Assembly (NCBI GenBank): GCA_951406725.2
Contig: OX597814.1
Location: 216,566,001-216,630,000 of the forward strand
Source: Octopus vulgaris
Lineage: Eukaryota
Length of the DNA stretch: 64,000 nucleotides
Direction: 5' to 3'
Part shown: positions 43,424 to 55,761 of the stretch, in pieces
Position numbering within the stretch: the first letter of the stretch is position 1
Layout: each line of letters begins with the position of its first letter
Notes under the pieces: model-generated
Database searches by the model: none
What the model saw: the letters and a program-made list of their open reading frames with translations, nothing else
Told to the model about the DNA's origin: nothing
Program-made: the position numbers and the translations under genes

Positions 43424-44540
43424 TTGCAGGTGATGAAATAATCCTATCGGTGCCAAACTTTAGACCTTAGATGCATCCACATTGTTGTGTGATCTCCTTT
43501 GTGCATAAAGTGAGTGCTTGCGATGTAAAGTCCATGTTTATCGCAAAGCTCCAGCAGCATGAGACCATTGCTATTCATTTTCCCTACTCCAAAATGCTCT
43601 AGAGAGTTCCATGTTTGCCAGTCTGTTCCAACCCTGGCTTTGAAATCTCCCAATAGAATGACTCAGAATTGAGGATTTTCCTAAGTATGGCTCTCAGCTG
43701 GGTATAAAAAATAGCTTTATCTTCATTGCAACTTGTCAAAGCAAGTGCTTAGGCATTTAATAGAGTAGCAAACCACCCACCTTTCAGGTGCAATCTTACA
43801 GTCATTAGACGTTCATTTACAGGAACAGGAAGCACCTCCAACTTCTTCAAGATATCAGATCGAACTGCTAAGCCAACACCAGCCTCTCTGTGCTCCTCCT
43901 TCCAAAAAAAGAAGGTGTATCCACTTCCTACTTCCTCAGGTTGACCACCACCTTCCATACAAGCCTCTGAAAGTGCAGCTATATCAATGTTATAATGGTT
44001 CAGCTCACGAGCAACAAGTGTAGTGCATATTTTCAGGCCTCCAATCACTCTTGTTATCCAACAGAATGCACACATTCCAGCATGAAATGTTCAAATTCCA
44101 ACCAGATTTTTGTAAATAAAAGTTTCTTTGTTTTTCGAGCACAGGGTGGACATCCGTCGGTCACACTAAACTGACCAGATATAGAAAGAACCAATTTTTT
44201 ATAGAAAGACAGTCAATTTTTTGTTCACCTTTTCTAGAATCTTCTCAGTCTCTGGGTGTGCAGTGCCCTCTCTAAATAGAGCTCCTCAGACACCTGTGCA
44301 GCACCCAAATCCCACTGCTGTCTTGGGAGAAGAGGAGACAAGTTTATATCTAACATGGGCCACCTATGTGCTGGTCACTGACTACATACCTCCAACGTGT
44401 AAGGCCTCCTTGCTTCACCACTTTCCCATCGCAACAGTACTTCCAAATAAAAATAAAAATATACTAAAATGAAATAAATATATAAATATACACTAAAACT
44501 AAAGATACATATATACTAAGAGTAAAATAAATATATGTAT
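43424..44540 (-). mobile_element. Inverted near-identical duplicate of 8775-9830 (dead RTE 5' region with AT-rich flank)
   Basis: ORFs 43444-43653, 43749-44075 and 44221-44472 match 9602-9811, 9297-9506 and 8840-9049. Confidence 0.92.
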
Positions 44541-45325
44541 AAGGAGAAAAAAAAAGAGAGTAGAAAAGGTACATATCGAGCAGAGGTCAGCAATGCCTTT
44601 GCAGCGTTTTAGGTCCAATAAGGCTTGAATGACACCTCATAGACCCTCTCCACTCTATTGACATTATCCAGAGACAAGCCAGAGCAATATGTCTGGTGCC
44701 AATATGAGTCAAAGGCTCAGGGATGTGGGAGCACCATGATCTCTAGCACAAACCAAATATCCCCAGAATGTCCAATGCCGTTCCCTGCATATCTGGTTTT
44801 ATATCAAAGTGACCTTCTCCTAGAGACATGCTTCAACAGAAGCTGAGGGGTGTCTCACTCCCAGAGATCTTTCCGTACACCAGACACCATTCTGGAATTT
44901 CTGTAATAGGTTTTACTGGATTCCATGTTACCAGTAGCACTCATGAGAGCCTAATAAGTAACCTGACATATATATTATTCCTAAACAAGTACATTGGCTA
45001 GTTAAACCTTCATTGCACTGTCCTAACTGGCCCAAACTTCGAAGTCACTGTCAGTAATATTCCTGCCCAAATGTAATAAGTTTGTTCTCAACAAAAGGAG
45101 AGAGTAACCTATCCGATTAGTATGAAATTGTTCCTATTATAACTGAACAGAAAAGAAAACATTAACTATGTATATAGATACACACATACACATACATATA
45201 TATACAAATAACATTATGAAGGGCATCCAGCCATAGAAACAAAGCTAAAACAGACTGGGATTTGGTGAAACTCTCCAGCTTACCAGTTCTTATATATGTA
45301 CTTATGTATGTAAGGATATATATAT

Positions 45326-46380
45326 ATCATCATCATCATCATCATCGTTTAACGTCCGTTCTCCAAGCTAGCATGGGTTGGACGGTTCGACCGGGGATCT
45401 GGGAAGCCAGAAGGCTGCACCAGGTTCCAGTCTTATCTGGCAATGTTTCTACAGCTGGATGCCCTTCCTAACGCCAACCACTCCGTGTGTGTAGTGGGTG
45501 CTTTTTACATGCCACCTGCACAGGTGCCAGGTGAGGCTGGCACGGCTACGGTCGGATTGGTGTATTTTATGTGCCACCGGCACGGAAGCCAGTCGAGGCG
45601 GCGCTGGCATCGGCCACGAGTCGGATAGTGCTTTTTACGTACCACCAGACCAGGGATCCTGGCTGGTTCAATTCGATTTCGATTTCGCTTTCGCTTGCCC
45701 CAACATGTCTTCGCAAGCAAAGGGGATTGGCAAGGGTGCCTGTCGTACGGTCGGATTGGTGTATTTTACGTGCCACCGGCACGGAAGCCAGTGGAGGCGG
45801 CGCTGGCATCGGCCATGAGTCGGATAGTGCTTTTTACGTACCACCAGACCAGGGATCCTGGCTGGTTCAATTCGATTTCGATTTCGCTTTCGCTTGGCCC
45901 CAACATGTCTTCGCAAGCAAAGGGGGTTGGCATGGGTGCCTGTCATCGGATGAGGTTCTATATCGACTTCGCTTGCCTCAACAGGTCTTTGTGTCCAAGG
46001 GAGGAAAGGCATTCATAAGTGGGCTGGGCTCACTTGTCCTGCCTGGTCTTCTCAAGTACAGCATATTTCCAAAGGTCTCGGTCGCTGGTCATTTCCTCAG
46101 TGAGGCCTAAAGTTCGAAGGTCGTGCTTCACCACCTCGTCCCAGGTTTTCCTGGGTCTACCTCTTCCACGGGTTCCCTCAACTGCTAGGGATTGGCACTT
46201 TCTCACACACCTATCTTCATCCATTCTCGCCACATGACCATACCAGTGCAATCGTCTCTCTTGCACACCACAACTGATGCTTCTTAGGTACAACATTTCT
46301 CTCAAGGTACTAACGCTCTGTCGAGTATGTACACTGACGTTACACATCCATCAGAGCATACTGGCTTCATTGCTCCCGAG
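45326..46380 (-). mobile_element. RTE-clade LINE 3' fragment with ~198-bp internal tandem duplication in the 3' UTR
   Basis: ORF 46030-46347. tacggtcggattggtgtatttt occurs at ~45548 and ~45746. Confidence 0.88.
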
Positions 46381-46387
46381 CATCTGC

Positions 46388-46465
<78 letters not shown>

Positions 46466-46624
46466 AACATATATATATATATCATTGTTGTTTAATGTCC
46501 TCTTTCTATGCTGGTATGGGTTGGATAGTTTGACTGAGGTCTGGCAATATTATTCCAAACTTACAGGGAGAGATTCAATTTAGAAATACTAAATCAAATT
46601 TCAGAAAATGAATATATATATATA

Positions 46625-46960
46625 AATGAGAAAAATAACACCTTTTATCAATTCAAAGTGAAAAATTAAATTACATCATCTAGAAAATTAGATATAGAAA
46701 TATCAAATATAAGATAAAAAGTATACCGATGATTAAATAATGAGCAAAATGATAAATAAAATGTATATATTAGGTAGAATGACGACACATGTTTCGTGGT
46801 TATATTTAAGAAATGATTATAGTAAAAATAGTATTAGTAGTAAAATCATAATATAAATATAGCCACTCAACAGGTTAAAAATAATTACAATAATAAAATA
46901 ATTAATTAATATATATTCGTAAAGAATCTTTTAAAATAGAAATATATTCTTTAAAATATC
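46625..46960 (-). repeat. AT-rich pLTR-like relic with degenerate hammerhead
   Basis: Minus strand CTGTTGA gtggctatattta...taaatataaccac GAAAC ATGT GTC. Homologous to 8445-8740. Confidence 0.55.
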
Positions 46961-46998
46961 TATCTATCTATCTCTATATACATCTGTATATATATACA

Positions 46999-47081
<83 letters not shown>

Positions 47082-47084
47082 ATA

Positions 47085-48984
47085 TCATCATCATCGTTTA
47101 ACGTCCGCTTTCCATGCTAGCATGGGTTGGACGGTTCAACTGGGGTCTGGGAAGCCCAAAGGCTGCACCAGGCCAGTCAGATCTGGCAGTGTTTCTACAG
47201 CTGGATGCCCTTCCTAACGCCAACCACTCCGAGAGTGTAGTGGGTGATTTTATGTGCCACCGACACAGGTGCCAGACGAGGCTGGCGAACGCCCACACTC
47301 GGATGGTGTTTTTTACCTGCCACTGGCACGGAGGCCAGTCAATGCGGTACTGGCTACGGCCACATTAGGATGGTTTTCGTATGTGCTACCGGCCCCTCTA
47401 AAAGCTACAAATTCCATTAATGTTCGAGTTTGCTTTTGATTTTGTCCATTTTCACTTGCCTCAACAGGTCTTCACAAGTAGAGTTATGTGTCCCAAGAAG
47501 GAAGGTATGCATAAGTGGACTGACTACGTCCCAGGTAGGGGCCATGGGTTATTGCCTCACTTGTCCAGCTGGGTCTTCTCGCGCACAGCATACTTCCAAA
47601 GGTCTCAGTCTCTGGTCATTTCCTCGGTGAGACCTAAAGAGCGAAGGTTGTTCTTCACCACCTCGTCCCAGGTTTTCCTGGGTCTGCCTCTTCCACAGGT
47701 TCCCTCAACCGCCAGGGTGTGGCACTTTTTCACACAACTATCTTCATCCATTCTTACTTCGTGTCCATACCAGTGTAGACGCCTCTCTTGCACACCACAT
47801 CTGATGCTTCTTAGGTCCAACTTTTCTCTCAAGGCACTTACACTCTGTCTGGTATGAACACTGACATGACACATCCAACAGAGCATACTGGCTTCATTTC
47901 TTGCAAGCTTACGCATATCCTCAGCAGTCACGGCCCATGTTTCACTGCCATGAAGCATGGCTGTTCGCACACATGCATCATACAGTCTGCCTTTTACTCT
48001 GAGCGAGAGGCCTTTTGTCACTAGCAAAGGTAAGACCTCTCTGAACTTTGCCCAGGCTATTCTTACTCTAGCAGTTACACTTTCGGCACACCCACCCCCG
48101 CTACTGACTTGGTCACCTAGGTAACGGAAACTATCAACTATTTCAAGTTTTTCTCCCTGGAATGTGGCGGAAGATGGTCTCTGCGCACTTTCAGTGTTTA
48201 TTGCACCAGAGCATCTGCCACATACAAAAACTATTTTCCTAGTTAGCCTTCCTTTGACATTGCTGCACCTCTTATGTGTCCATAGCTTACACTTGGTGCA
48301 TCTTATAGAGTTCCTACCTACACCTTTTCTACAGATCGAGCAGGGCCATCTACCTGAAGGGATTTGTGGTTTGTCTACCTTCCTACTTATTAGGACTTTG
48401 GTTTTAGCTAGATTGACTCTGAGGCCCTTCGATTCTAATCCTTGCTTCCACACCTGAAACTTCTCCTCGAGTTCCGATAGTGATTCAGCAATTAGAGCAA
48501 GGTCATCAGCATAGAGGAGCTCCCAGGGGCATCCTGTCTTGAATTCCTCCGTAATTGCCTGGAGGACTATGATAAATAGGAGGGGGCTGAGTACTGAACC
48601 CTGGTGGACCCCAACCTCTACTTGAATTCATCCCTGTACATGGCTTGCACAGCACTCACCAGCCATTCATCTATCCCTAGTTTCCTCATTGACCACCAGA
48701 TAAGGGATCAGGGGAACCTGTCAAAGGCTTTCTCCATGTCAATGAAAGCCATGTATAGGGGCTTATCTTTGGCTAGGTATTTCTCCTGCAGCTGTCTCAC
48801 CAGAAATATGGCATCAGTGGTGCTTTTCCCTGGCATGAAACCAAACTGCATCTCGTCCAAGTTGACTCTCTCCCTAATCAGTTGGGCTATGACCCTCTCT
48901 GTAACCTTCATTACCTGATCCAACAGCTTGATACCTCTGTGATTATTTGTATCTAAGGTGTCTCCTTTACCTTTGTAGCAGTTG
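47085..48984 (-). mobile_element. RTE-clade LINE (PHD-bearing family), 5'-truncated
   Basis: ORFs 48708-48923 and 47605-48453, LLYADD at ~48500-48520, (GAT)n tail. Confidence 0.92.
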
Positions 48985-48985
48985 A

Positions 48986-50460
48986 TTTGATGGATTCCCA
49001 GCGATCCTTCTCAAATCATGCAAACGAGCCCTTGCAAAACCGCTACAGCTTCTTTTTCAGAGCTTTCTTGCAAGTGGTAAGCTCCCAGTCAAATTGAAAG
49101 AGGGGGTAATATGCCCTATCCATAAGGGAGGTAGCAGAGCAGATGCTAAAAATCATAGGCCTATCTCTCTGACCTCACACATCAGCAAAGTCATGGAACG
49201 AATAGTCAGTAAGAAACTAATCATGTTCCTTGAAGAAAATGACTTGCTGTCTGACACCCAGCATGGAATTCGACCAGGTAGAATCTGCCTAACACAGCTC
49301 CTGCAACACTATGACTGGGTGTTGAAACAGCTACTAAATGGCTCAAATGTGGATGTAATATATCTCGACATTGCAAAAGCCTTTGATAAAGTCGACCATG
49401 GTATGATCTGTCACAAACTGCGTGGTCTCGGCATAGGCGGAAAACTTGGAGAGTGGCTGCACAACTTCCTAAAAGACAGAAAACAGGCAGTTGTGAGCAA
49501 TGGAGCCACCTCCAAGGAAACACAAATAACAAGCGATGTCCCACAGGGTCTTGGGGCCACTGGTGTTCATAGTGGCCCTTTCAGACATGCCTTCAGTTGC
49601 TATGATGACCACCCTTGCTAGCTATGCAGATGACACAAAAGTCTCCCACGCAATACAAAACCCTGAAAATATTGCACATCTGCAACAGGAGTTGGACACA
49701 ATATACAGGTGGGCTGAGGACAACAACATGCAGTTTAATGCAGGTAAGTTCCAGGCCCTGTGCTACTGGCACACAAAAGTAAACAACGTGCAGACTGGAT
49801 ACACTGGCCCAGGAAGAATTGCAATCCCTGAGTCAAAATCAATGCGTGACCTGGGCATTGACATGAGCAATGATGCATCTTTCCAAGTGCATATTGCTAA
49901 TCTGGTGATAAAATGCAGACGGCTAACTGGATGGATTCTCCGAACTTTCAGAACAAGAGAGAAGGAGACACTGATGGTCCTATGGAAAACATTCGTCCTC
50001 AGCTGCTTGGACTACTGCTCCCAACTGTGGTCACCACACGATATAAAACTAACAGCAGAACTCGAAGCAATTCAGAGAAGCTACACAAAAAAAATCGTCT
50101 CAATGCAAACTATCAGCTACTGGGAAAAACTGAAGGCATTAAACCTCTACTCCCTAAAGCGGAGGCGGGAGAGATATGCGGTGATATACATCTGGAAAAT
50201 CCTGGAGGGTCTGGTCCCAAACTTTGGCATTCAAAGTTACCCAAACTGCAGAACGGGGCGCCACTGCATGGTGCTAAAATTTCCAACATCACCATCAAAA
50301 TACAGGTCCAGATACTGCAACAGCTTGGGTTTCGGAGGACCACAGCTCTTTAACATCCTCCCTAAATGCCTGAGAGACTTACATGGTGTGGATGTGGGTT
50401 TCTTTAAAACTAAACTGGATCTCTTCTTGTTGGGAGTCCCAGATGAACCTACCTCATGAC
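48986..50460 (+). mobile_element. LINE family B (CR1/L2-group) RT fragment, both ends truncated
   Basis: RPISLTS, YLDIAKAFD, YADD, DYCSQLWSP, VPDEPTS. Confidence 0.9.
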
Positions 50461-50461
50461 A

Positions 50462-50804
50462 GTATAAGTATATGTACATATATATCTATATATACACATA
50501 CATATACATATATACACATACATATACATATATACACATACATACATACGTATACATATACATACATATACACACATACACACATATACACACACATATA
50601 CACACACATATACACACACATACACACACACATACACACACATATACACACACACATACACACACACATACACACACACATATACACACATATATACACA
50701 CATATACACACATATATACACACATATATGCACACATATATACACATATATATACATATACATATACATATATATATACATATATATACATATACATATA
50801 CATA

Positions 50805-50836
<32 letters not shown>
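50462..50836. repeat. Compound (TA)/(CA)/(TACA) microsatellite
   Basis: Directly visible. Confidence 0.95.
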
Positions 50837-50837
<1 letters not shown>

Positions 50838-50980
50838 CTGGCGTTAGGAAGGGCATCCAGCAGTAGAAACACTGCCAGATCTGACTGGCCTGGTGCAGCC
50901 TTCAGGCTTCCCAGAACCCAGTTGAACTGTCCAACCCATGCTAGCATGGAAAGTGGACGTTAAACGATGATGATGATGAT
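50837..50980 (+). mobile_element. RTE 3' tail only
   Basis: ggcgttaggaagggcatccag..catgctagcatgg..(gat)n. Confidence 0.85.
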
Positions 50981-50986
50981 ATATGT

Positions 50987-52563
50987 ATCATCATCATCAT
51001 CATCGTTTAATGTCCGTTTTCCGTGCTAGCACGGGTTGGACAGTTCGACCAGGGTCTGGGAAGCCAGGGTCTGGGAAGCCAGGGTCTGGGAAGCCAGGGG
51101 CTGCACCAGGCTCCAGTCTGATCTGGCAGTGTTTCTACAGCTGGATGCCCTTCCCAACGCCAACCACTTCACGAGTGCAGTGGGTGCTTTTTACGTGCCA
51201 CCGGCACAGGTGGCAGGGGTGTCTGGCATCGGTCACGATCGGTTGATGCTTTTAATGTGCCACTGGCACAGAAGCCAGTCGAGGTGGCACTGGCATCGGC
51301 CACATTCGGATGGTGCTTTTTATGTGCCACCTGTACAGAAGCCAGTCGAGTCGGTGCTGGCATCAGCCACGTTTGGATGGTGCTTTTTATGTGCCACCGG
51401 CACAGGTATCACAACTACTATTTCCAGTGATATTTATTTCGATGTTCATGTACTTGACTCAATAGGTCTCCTCAAGCAGAGCGGGATGTTCTAGTATCCA
51501 AGGTACTTTGAATGGGTAGGGGCTATGCGAAACTGGTGCAGGAAGCAGCCCGGGTCTTTGCTGTCACAGCATATCTCCAGAGATCATGATCCTTTGTCAT
51601 TGCCTCTGTGAGGCCCAACGCTCTGAGGTCCATGCTTGACTACCTCATCCCATGTCTTCCTGGGTCTTCCTCTCCCCCTGATACCATCAACTGTTTGGGA
51701 GCGGCACTTCTTCACACATCTCTCCTCATCCATCTGCGGTACATGACCATACCATCACAAGCGACACTCTTGCACACCACATCTGATGCTTCTTATGTCC
51801 AGCATTTCTCTCAGGGTGCTTACCCTCTGTCGTGCACTCACACTGACATTACACATCCAGCGGATCATGCTAGCTTCATTCCTTTCAAGTCTACACATGT
51901 CCTCTGCAGTCACAGCCCATGTTTCACTACCGTGAAACATGGCAGTTCACACTCATGCATCATACAATCTACCTTTCACTCTGAGCGAGAGACCCTTTGT
52001 CGCCAGTAGCGGTAGGAGCTTTCTAAACTTTGCCCAAGCTATTCGTATTCTAGTGGTGACACTCTCTGAGTATCCACCTCCACTACTAACTTGGTCAGCT
52101 AGGTAGCGGAAACTATCAACTACTTCTAGTTTCTTCCCCTGGAGTGTGATGGACTCTGTTTTCTGAGTATCTGTGGTGTCTATCGTCCCTGTGCATCTGC
52201 CGCACATGAAAGCTATCTTATCAGTTAATTTCCCTTTGATGTTGCTGCACCTCTTGTGTCCATAGCTTACACTGGGTACATCTTATGGAGTTTCTACCTA
52301 CACTTTTCCTACAGATCGAGCAGGGCCACCTGCCTGAGGGTGTGTGTGCTGAGTTCGCCTTTCTGCTCACTATAACTTTGGTCTTTGCTACATTTACTCT
52401 AAGGCCCTTTGATTCTAAACCTTGCTTCCACACCTGAAATTTCTTCTCTAGTTCCGGTAGTGATTCTGCTATGAGAGCCAGGTCATCAGCATAGAGGAGC
52501 TCCCAGGGACAACTTGTTTTGAATTCCTCTGTTATTGCCTGGAGGACTATGATGAATAAAAGG
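50987..52563 (-). mobile_element. RTE-clade LINE (PHD-bearing, different subfamily), 5'-truncated
   Basis: LLYADD, GRWPCSICRK..CTQC, FHGSETW. 15-bp and ~62-bp repeats in the 3' UTR. Confidence 0.88.
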
Positions 52564-53230
52564 TAGCAGTAATACCCGTCGTTCATCGGATAATTACTTT
52601 TACTCTTTCTCAGGAGTCACATTCAAAGTATTATTATATATATAATAGATTTCTCAACATGGATTTCAGGGGAGAGTTTCAGGGAGTCGCTGGTGATGTA
52701 TCATGATGATCAAAAATTCGGCCTGCTAAAATTTGTTTAAAGCGATTCAAACTGCAGACTCAATGCAAAATGGTCACATTTAATTCAAAGCGTTAAAAAT
52801 GTTATGAAAACAATTGGTATGTGTTCACAAAGTCCAAATAATTAATATGAAAAAACCCTCCAGGCTACATCCCGAAAATTCATTTATTTGCCGAATTTCT
52901 ACAATGTTAACGGTGATTTGTTTTTATATCTTGATTTTTTAAATTTTTCATGCAATTTACACATGCTTGCATGCATGGTGAACACAGTTCACGTCAAACA
53001 GCTGACTGAGTAAAGTTCACTATTCAATGCATGGGATAAGGCCTAAACAAACACATTATCAATTTTTGCACTTGCGAGATGAATTTTGGAACAGAAATAG
53101 CGCAGTTCAATTTTCATTTGCCTAAACTTCAAGTGACCCATTTTTGGTGGTTCTACAATTTGTTGGCTAGGAGGATATGTGCAGGGAAGTTAAACACACA
53201 GACACACAAGTTGAGTTTTATATATATAGA
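52564..53230 (-). mobile_element. Helitron-like non-autonomous element (3' end damaged)
   Basis: tagcagtaatacccgtcgtt resembles the ctagcagtatcgcccggcgtt ends. The opposite end acagacacac..ttttatatatataga has the same form as 8420 and 55676. Confidence 0.55.
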
Positions 53231-53280
53231 TATATGTGTGTATATATATAAATGTGCGTGTATATATATATGTGTGTATA

Positions 53281-53333
<53 letters not shown>

Positions 53334-53337
<4 letters not shown>

Positions 53338-53585
53338 CACCGGCACTGGTATCACAGTTGCAATTCCCATTGATGTTGATCGATTTCGATTTTCACTTGC
53401 CTCAACAGGTCTTCACAAGTAGAGTTTTGTGTCCCAAGAAGGAAAGGTATGCACAAGTGGACTGGCTACATCCCATGTAGAGGCCACGGGTTATGGACAA
53501 GTGAGACCATAACCCGTGGCCTCTACATGGGATGCTAGCATGGAAAGCAGACGCTAAACGAAGATGATGATGATGATAATGATAA
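53334..53585. mobile_element. Rearranged RTE 3' UTR fragment with internal inversion
   Basis: A minus-orientation UTR piece is followed by a plus-orientation piece and the tail. Perfect 28-bp inverted repeat 53469-53496/53507-53534. Confidence 0.8.
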
Positions 53586-53609
53586 TGAGATAAATATATA
53601 TATATACAT

Positions 53610-54357
53610 ATAAAGAAAAGGATTATATCACCAATTTCAAATGCAAACCCAGCCTCTTTTATGGCCTTCCTAAAGTCCATAAATACAAATCCATCACCGA
53701 AGCCTGCAAACTCTCCTCTGACATCTACATGAACATCAAGGCACCGGAGGATCTAAAACTAAGGCCCATCATAGCTGGCACCTTCTGCGAAACACACCGC
53801 TTGAGCAATTTCCTGGACATCCTTTTGAAACCTTTCCTTAGTCACATCAAAAGTTTCATTAGAGATGATCTTGACATGCTCAAGCGCCTCCCAAAAACAA
53901 CCAACAAGGAGGCATTCTTGGTGTCCTTTGATGTTATCAACCTCTATACCAACATCCCACATGAATATGGTATTGAGGCAATTGATTTCTGGCTGGAGAA
54001 ACAACCCAGAAGCATTTCCTAACCGCATTAGTAAAACCTTCATTACGGAATCACTCAAGTTCATTCTGACAAACAATTATTACCCCTTCGAAAACACACA
54101 CTACCGTCAAAAATGTGGTATCGCGATGGGTACCAAAGCTGCACCAGTCCTTGTGAACCTCATAATGGGTTTCTTCAAACTATCACTCTATGAGATATCA
54201 CGCCAGAAATTTGGACACCTTTTCCACATCTACTTAATGGAAAACTGGAAAAGGTACCTAGATGATTGTTTCATCATATGAAAAGAATCTTATGAAAAAC
54301 TTCTGGAATTCAAAACCATACTGAACAACATACATCCCAACATCCAATTCACTATGG
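53610..54357 (+). pseudogene. Penelope-like reverse transcriptase fragment
   Basis: FYGLPKVHK, LRPIIAG, SFDVINLYTNIP, YRQKCGIAMG, WKRYLDDCF. Confidence 0.9.
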
Positions 54358-55284
54358 AATATAATTAAATTAAATTAAATCCATTTACGATTGGCTTGTC
54401 TCATCAGCAAAGTCGCCAAAAGAAAAGGAGAACATATACACACGAGGCAGCACCACCGAAGCTTCGAGTTTATATATCCTAAATTTTCGAAATCCACCGT
54501 AACCGCGCCAACTACTCAGTAGCAAATATAAACTGCTGATACAATTTCAGAATTAGTCAAAAAATCATTAATTAATCAATATAAGGGTAGCAAAAAAATT
54601 CAAGAAAAATCTTCTGCAACCAGCGGTCAAGTGAGAAAATAGAAATAGTCACAGACTATATAATATATTCAACAATAGTATTAAGGAATGACCCTGACAG
54701 GTCGTTCAACTCACTTGAAAAGAGCAGCTAAACTCAAACCGCAAAAATAGTAGTAATTCTGAAACTAAAGGAGAAATAAAAACATTTATCCCCTTCAACT
54801 TTGTACCCTGCAAAGAATTAGTCAAAAAATCAGTAATTAATCAATATAAGGGTAGCAAAAAAATTCAAGAAAAATTTTCTGCAACCAGCGGTCAAGTGAG
54901 AAAATAGGAATATTCACAGACTATATAATATATTCAACAATAGTATTAAGGCATGACCCTGACAGGTCGTTCAACTCACTTGGATTTCGAAAATTTAGGA
55001 TATATAAACTCGAGGCTTCGGTGGTGCTGCCTCGTGTGTATATGTTCTCCTTTTCTTTTGGCGACTTTGCTGATGAGACAAGCCAATCGTAAACGGATTT
55101 AATTTAATTTAATTATATTTGATTGCGTAAAAATGTTGAAACCTTGCAGGGTACAAAGTTGAAGGGGATAAATGTTTTTATTTCTCCTTTAGTTTCAGAA
55201 TTACTACTATTTTTGCGGTTTGAGTTTAGCTGCTATTTTCAAGTGAGTTGAACGACCTGTCAGGGTCATTCCTTAATACTATTG
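54358..55284. repeat. Inverted/tandem pLTR-like repeat block
   Basis: 54358-54497 is the reverse complement of 54983-55119. 54670-54812 is the reverse complement of 55143-55284. 54550-54715 is directly repeated at 54815-54982. Confidence 0.88.
55063..55160 (+). ncRNA. Type I hammerhead ribozyme (predicted cleavage after 55153)
   Basis: Stem I gactttg/caaagtt, core CTGATGA, stem II gaca/tgtt with a long insert, GAAA, stem III ACCT-tgca-GGGT, GTA triplet. Confidence 0.8.
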
Positions 55285-55300
55285 TATATATATATATGTA

Positions 55301-55675
55301 CTAGCAGTATCGCCCGGCGTTGCTCAGGTTTGTAAGGGAAATAACTATAAAGCATTTTTAGAGAGTTATAGCCAAAAAATAGCAAAAAAATGGAAAAAAA
55401 ATTATGGTAAATTTTTTTGAGTTAAAAAAGGTGGAGTTGCATCCCCTAGACGGTCTGTGGTTTGGGTTTCTGATTCTCGACCCCATGTCGAATTTATCGA
55501 TTTTTTCAGAACTGGGGGAACTTTTCAAAATTTTCGCTGCATTAGTTTTGAATTATGACATTGGGCTATGTGTGTGTCAAGTTTCATCAGAATCGGTTGA
55601 AAGCCATGGTCAGAGTGAGGGTACGAGAAAACAGACACACAGAAAACGCACAGACAAACTGCCGTTTATATATAG

Positions 55676-55676
<1 letters not shown>
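55301..55676 (-). mobile_element. Non-autonomous Helitron
   Basis: A|TC...CTAG|T termini on the minus strand, subterminal hairpin, 3' end shared with 7857-8420. Confidence 0.75.
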
Positions 55677-55709
<33 letters not shown>

Positions 55710-55716
55710 GTATGTA

Positions 55717-55752
<36 letters not shown>

Positions 55753-55761
55753 TATATATAT

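Noticed and set aside
44560-45130. Higher-complexity segment as an exon
   Set aside because: The minus-strand frames I translated contain stops, the short plus-strand ORF has no recognisable motif, and there is no phase-compatible macro-PARP sequence.
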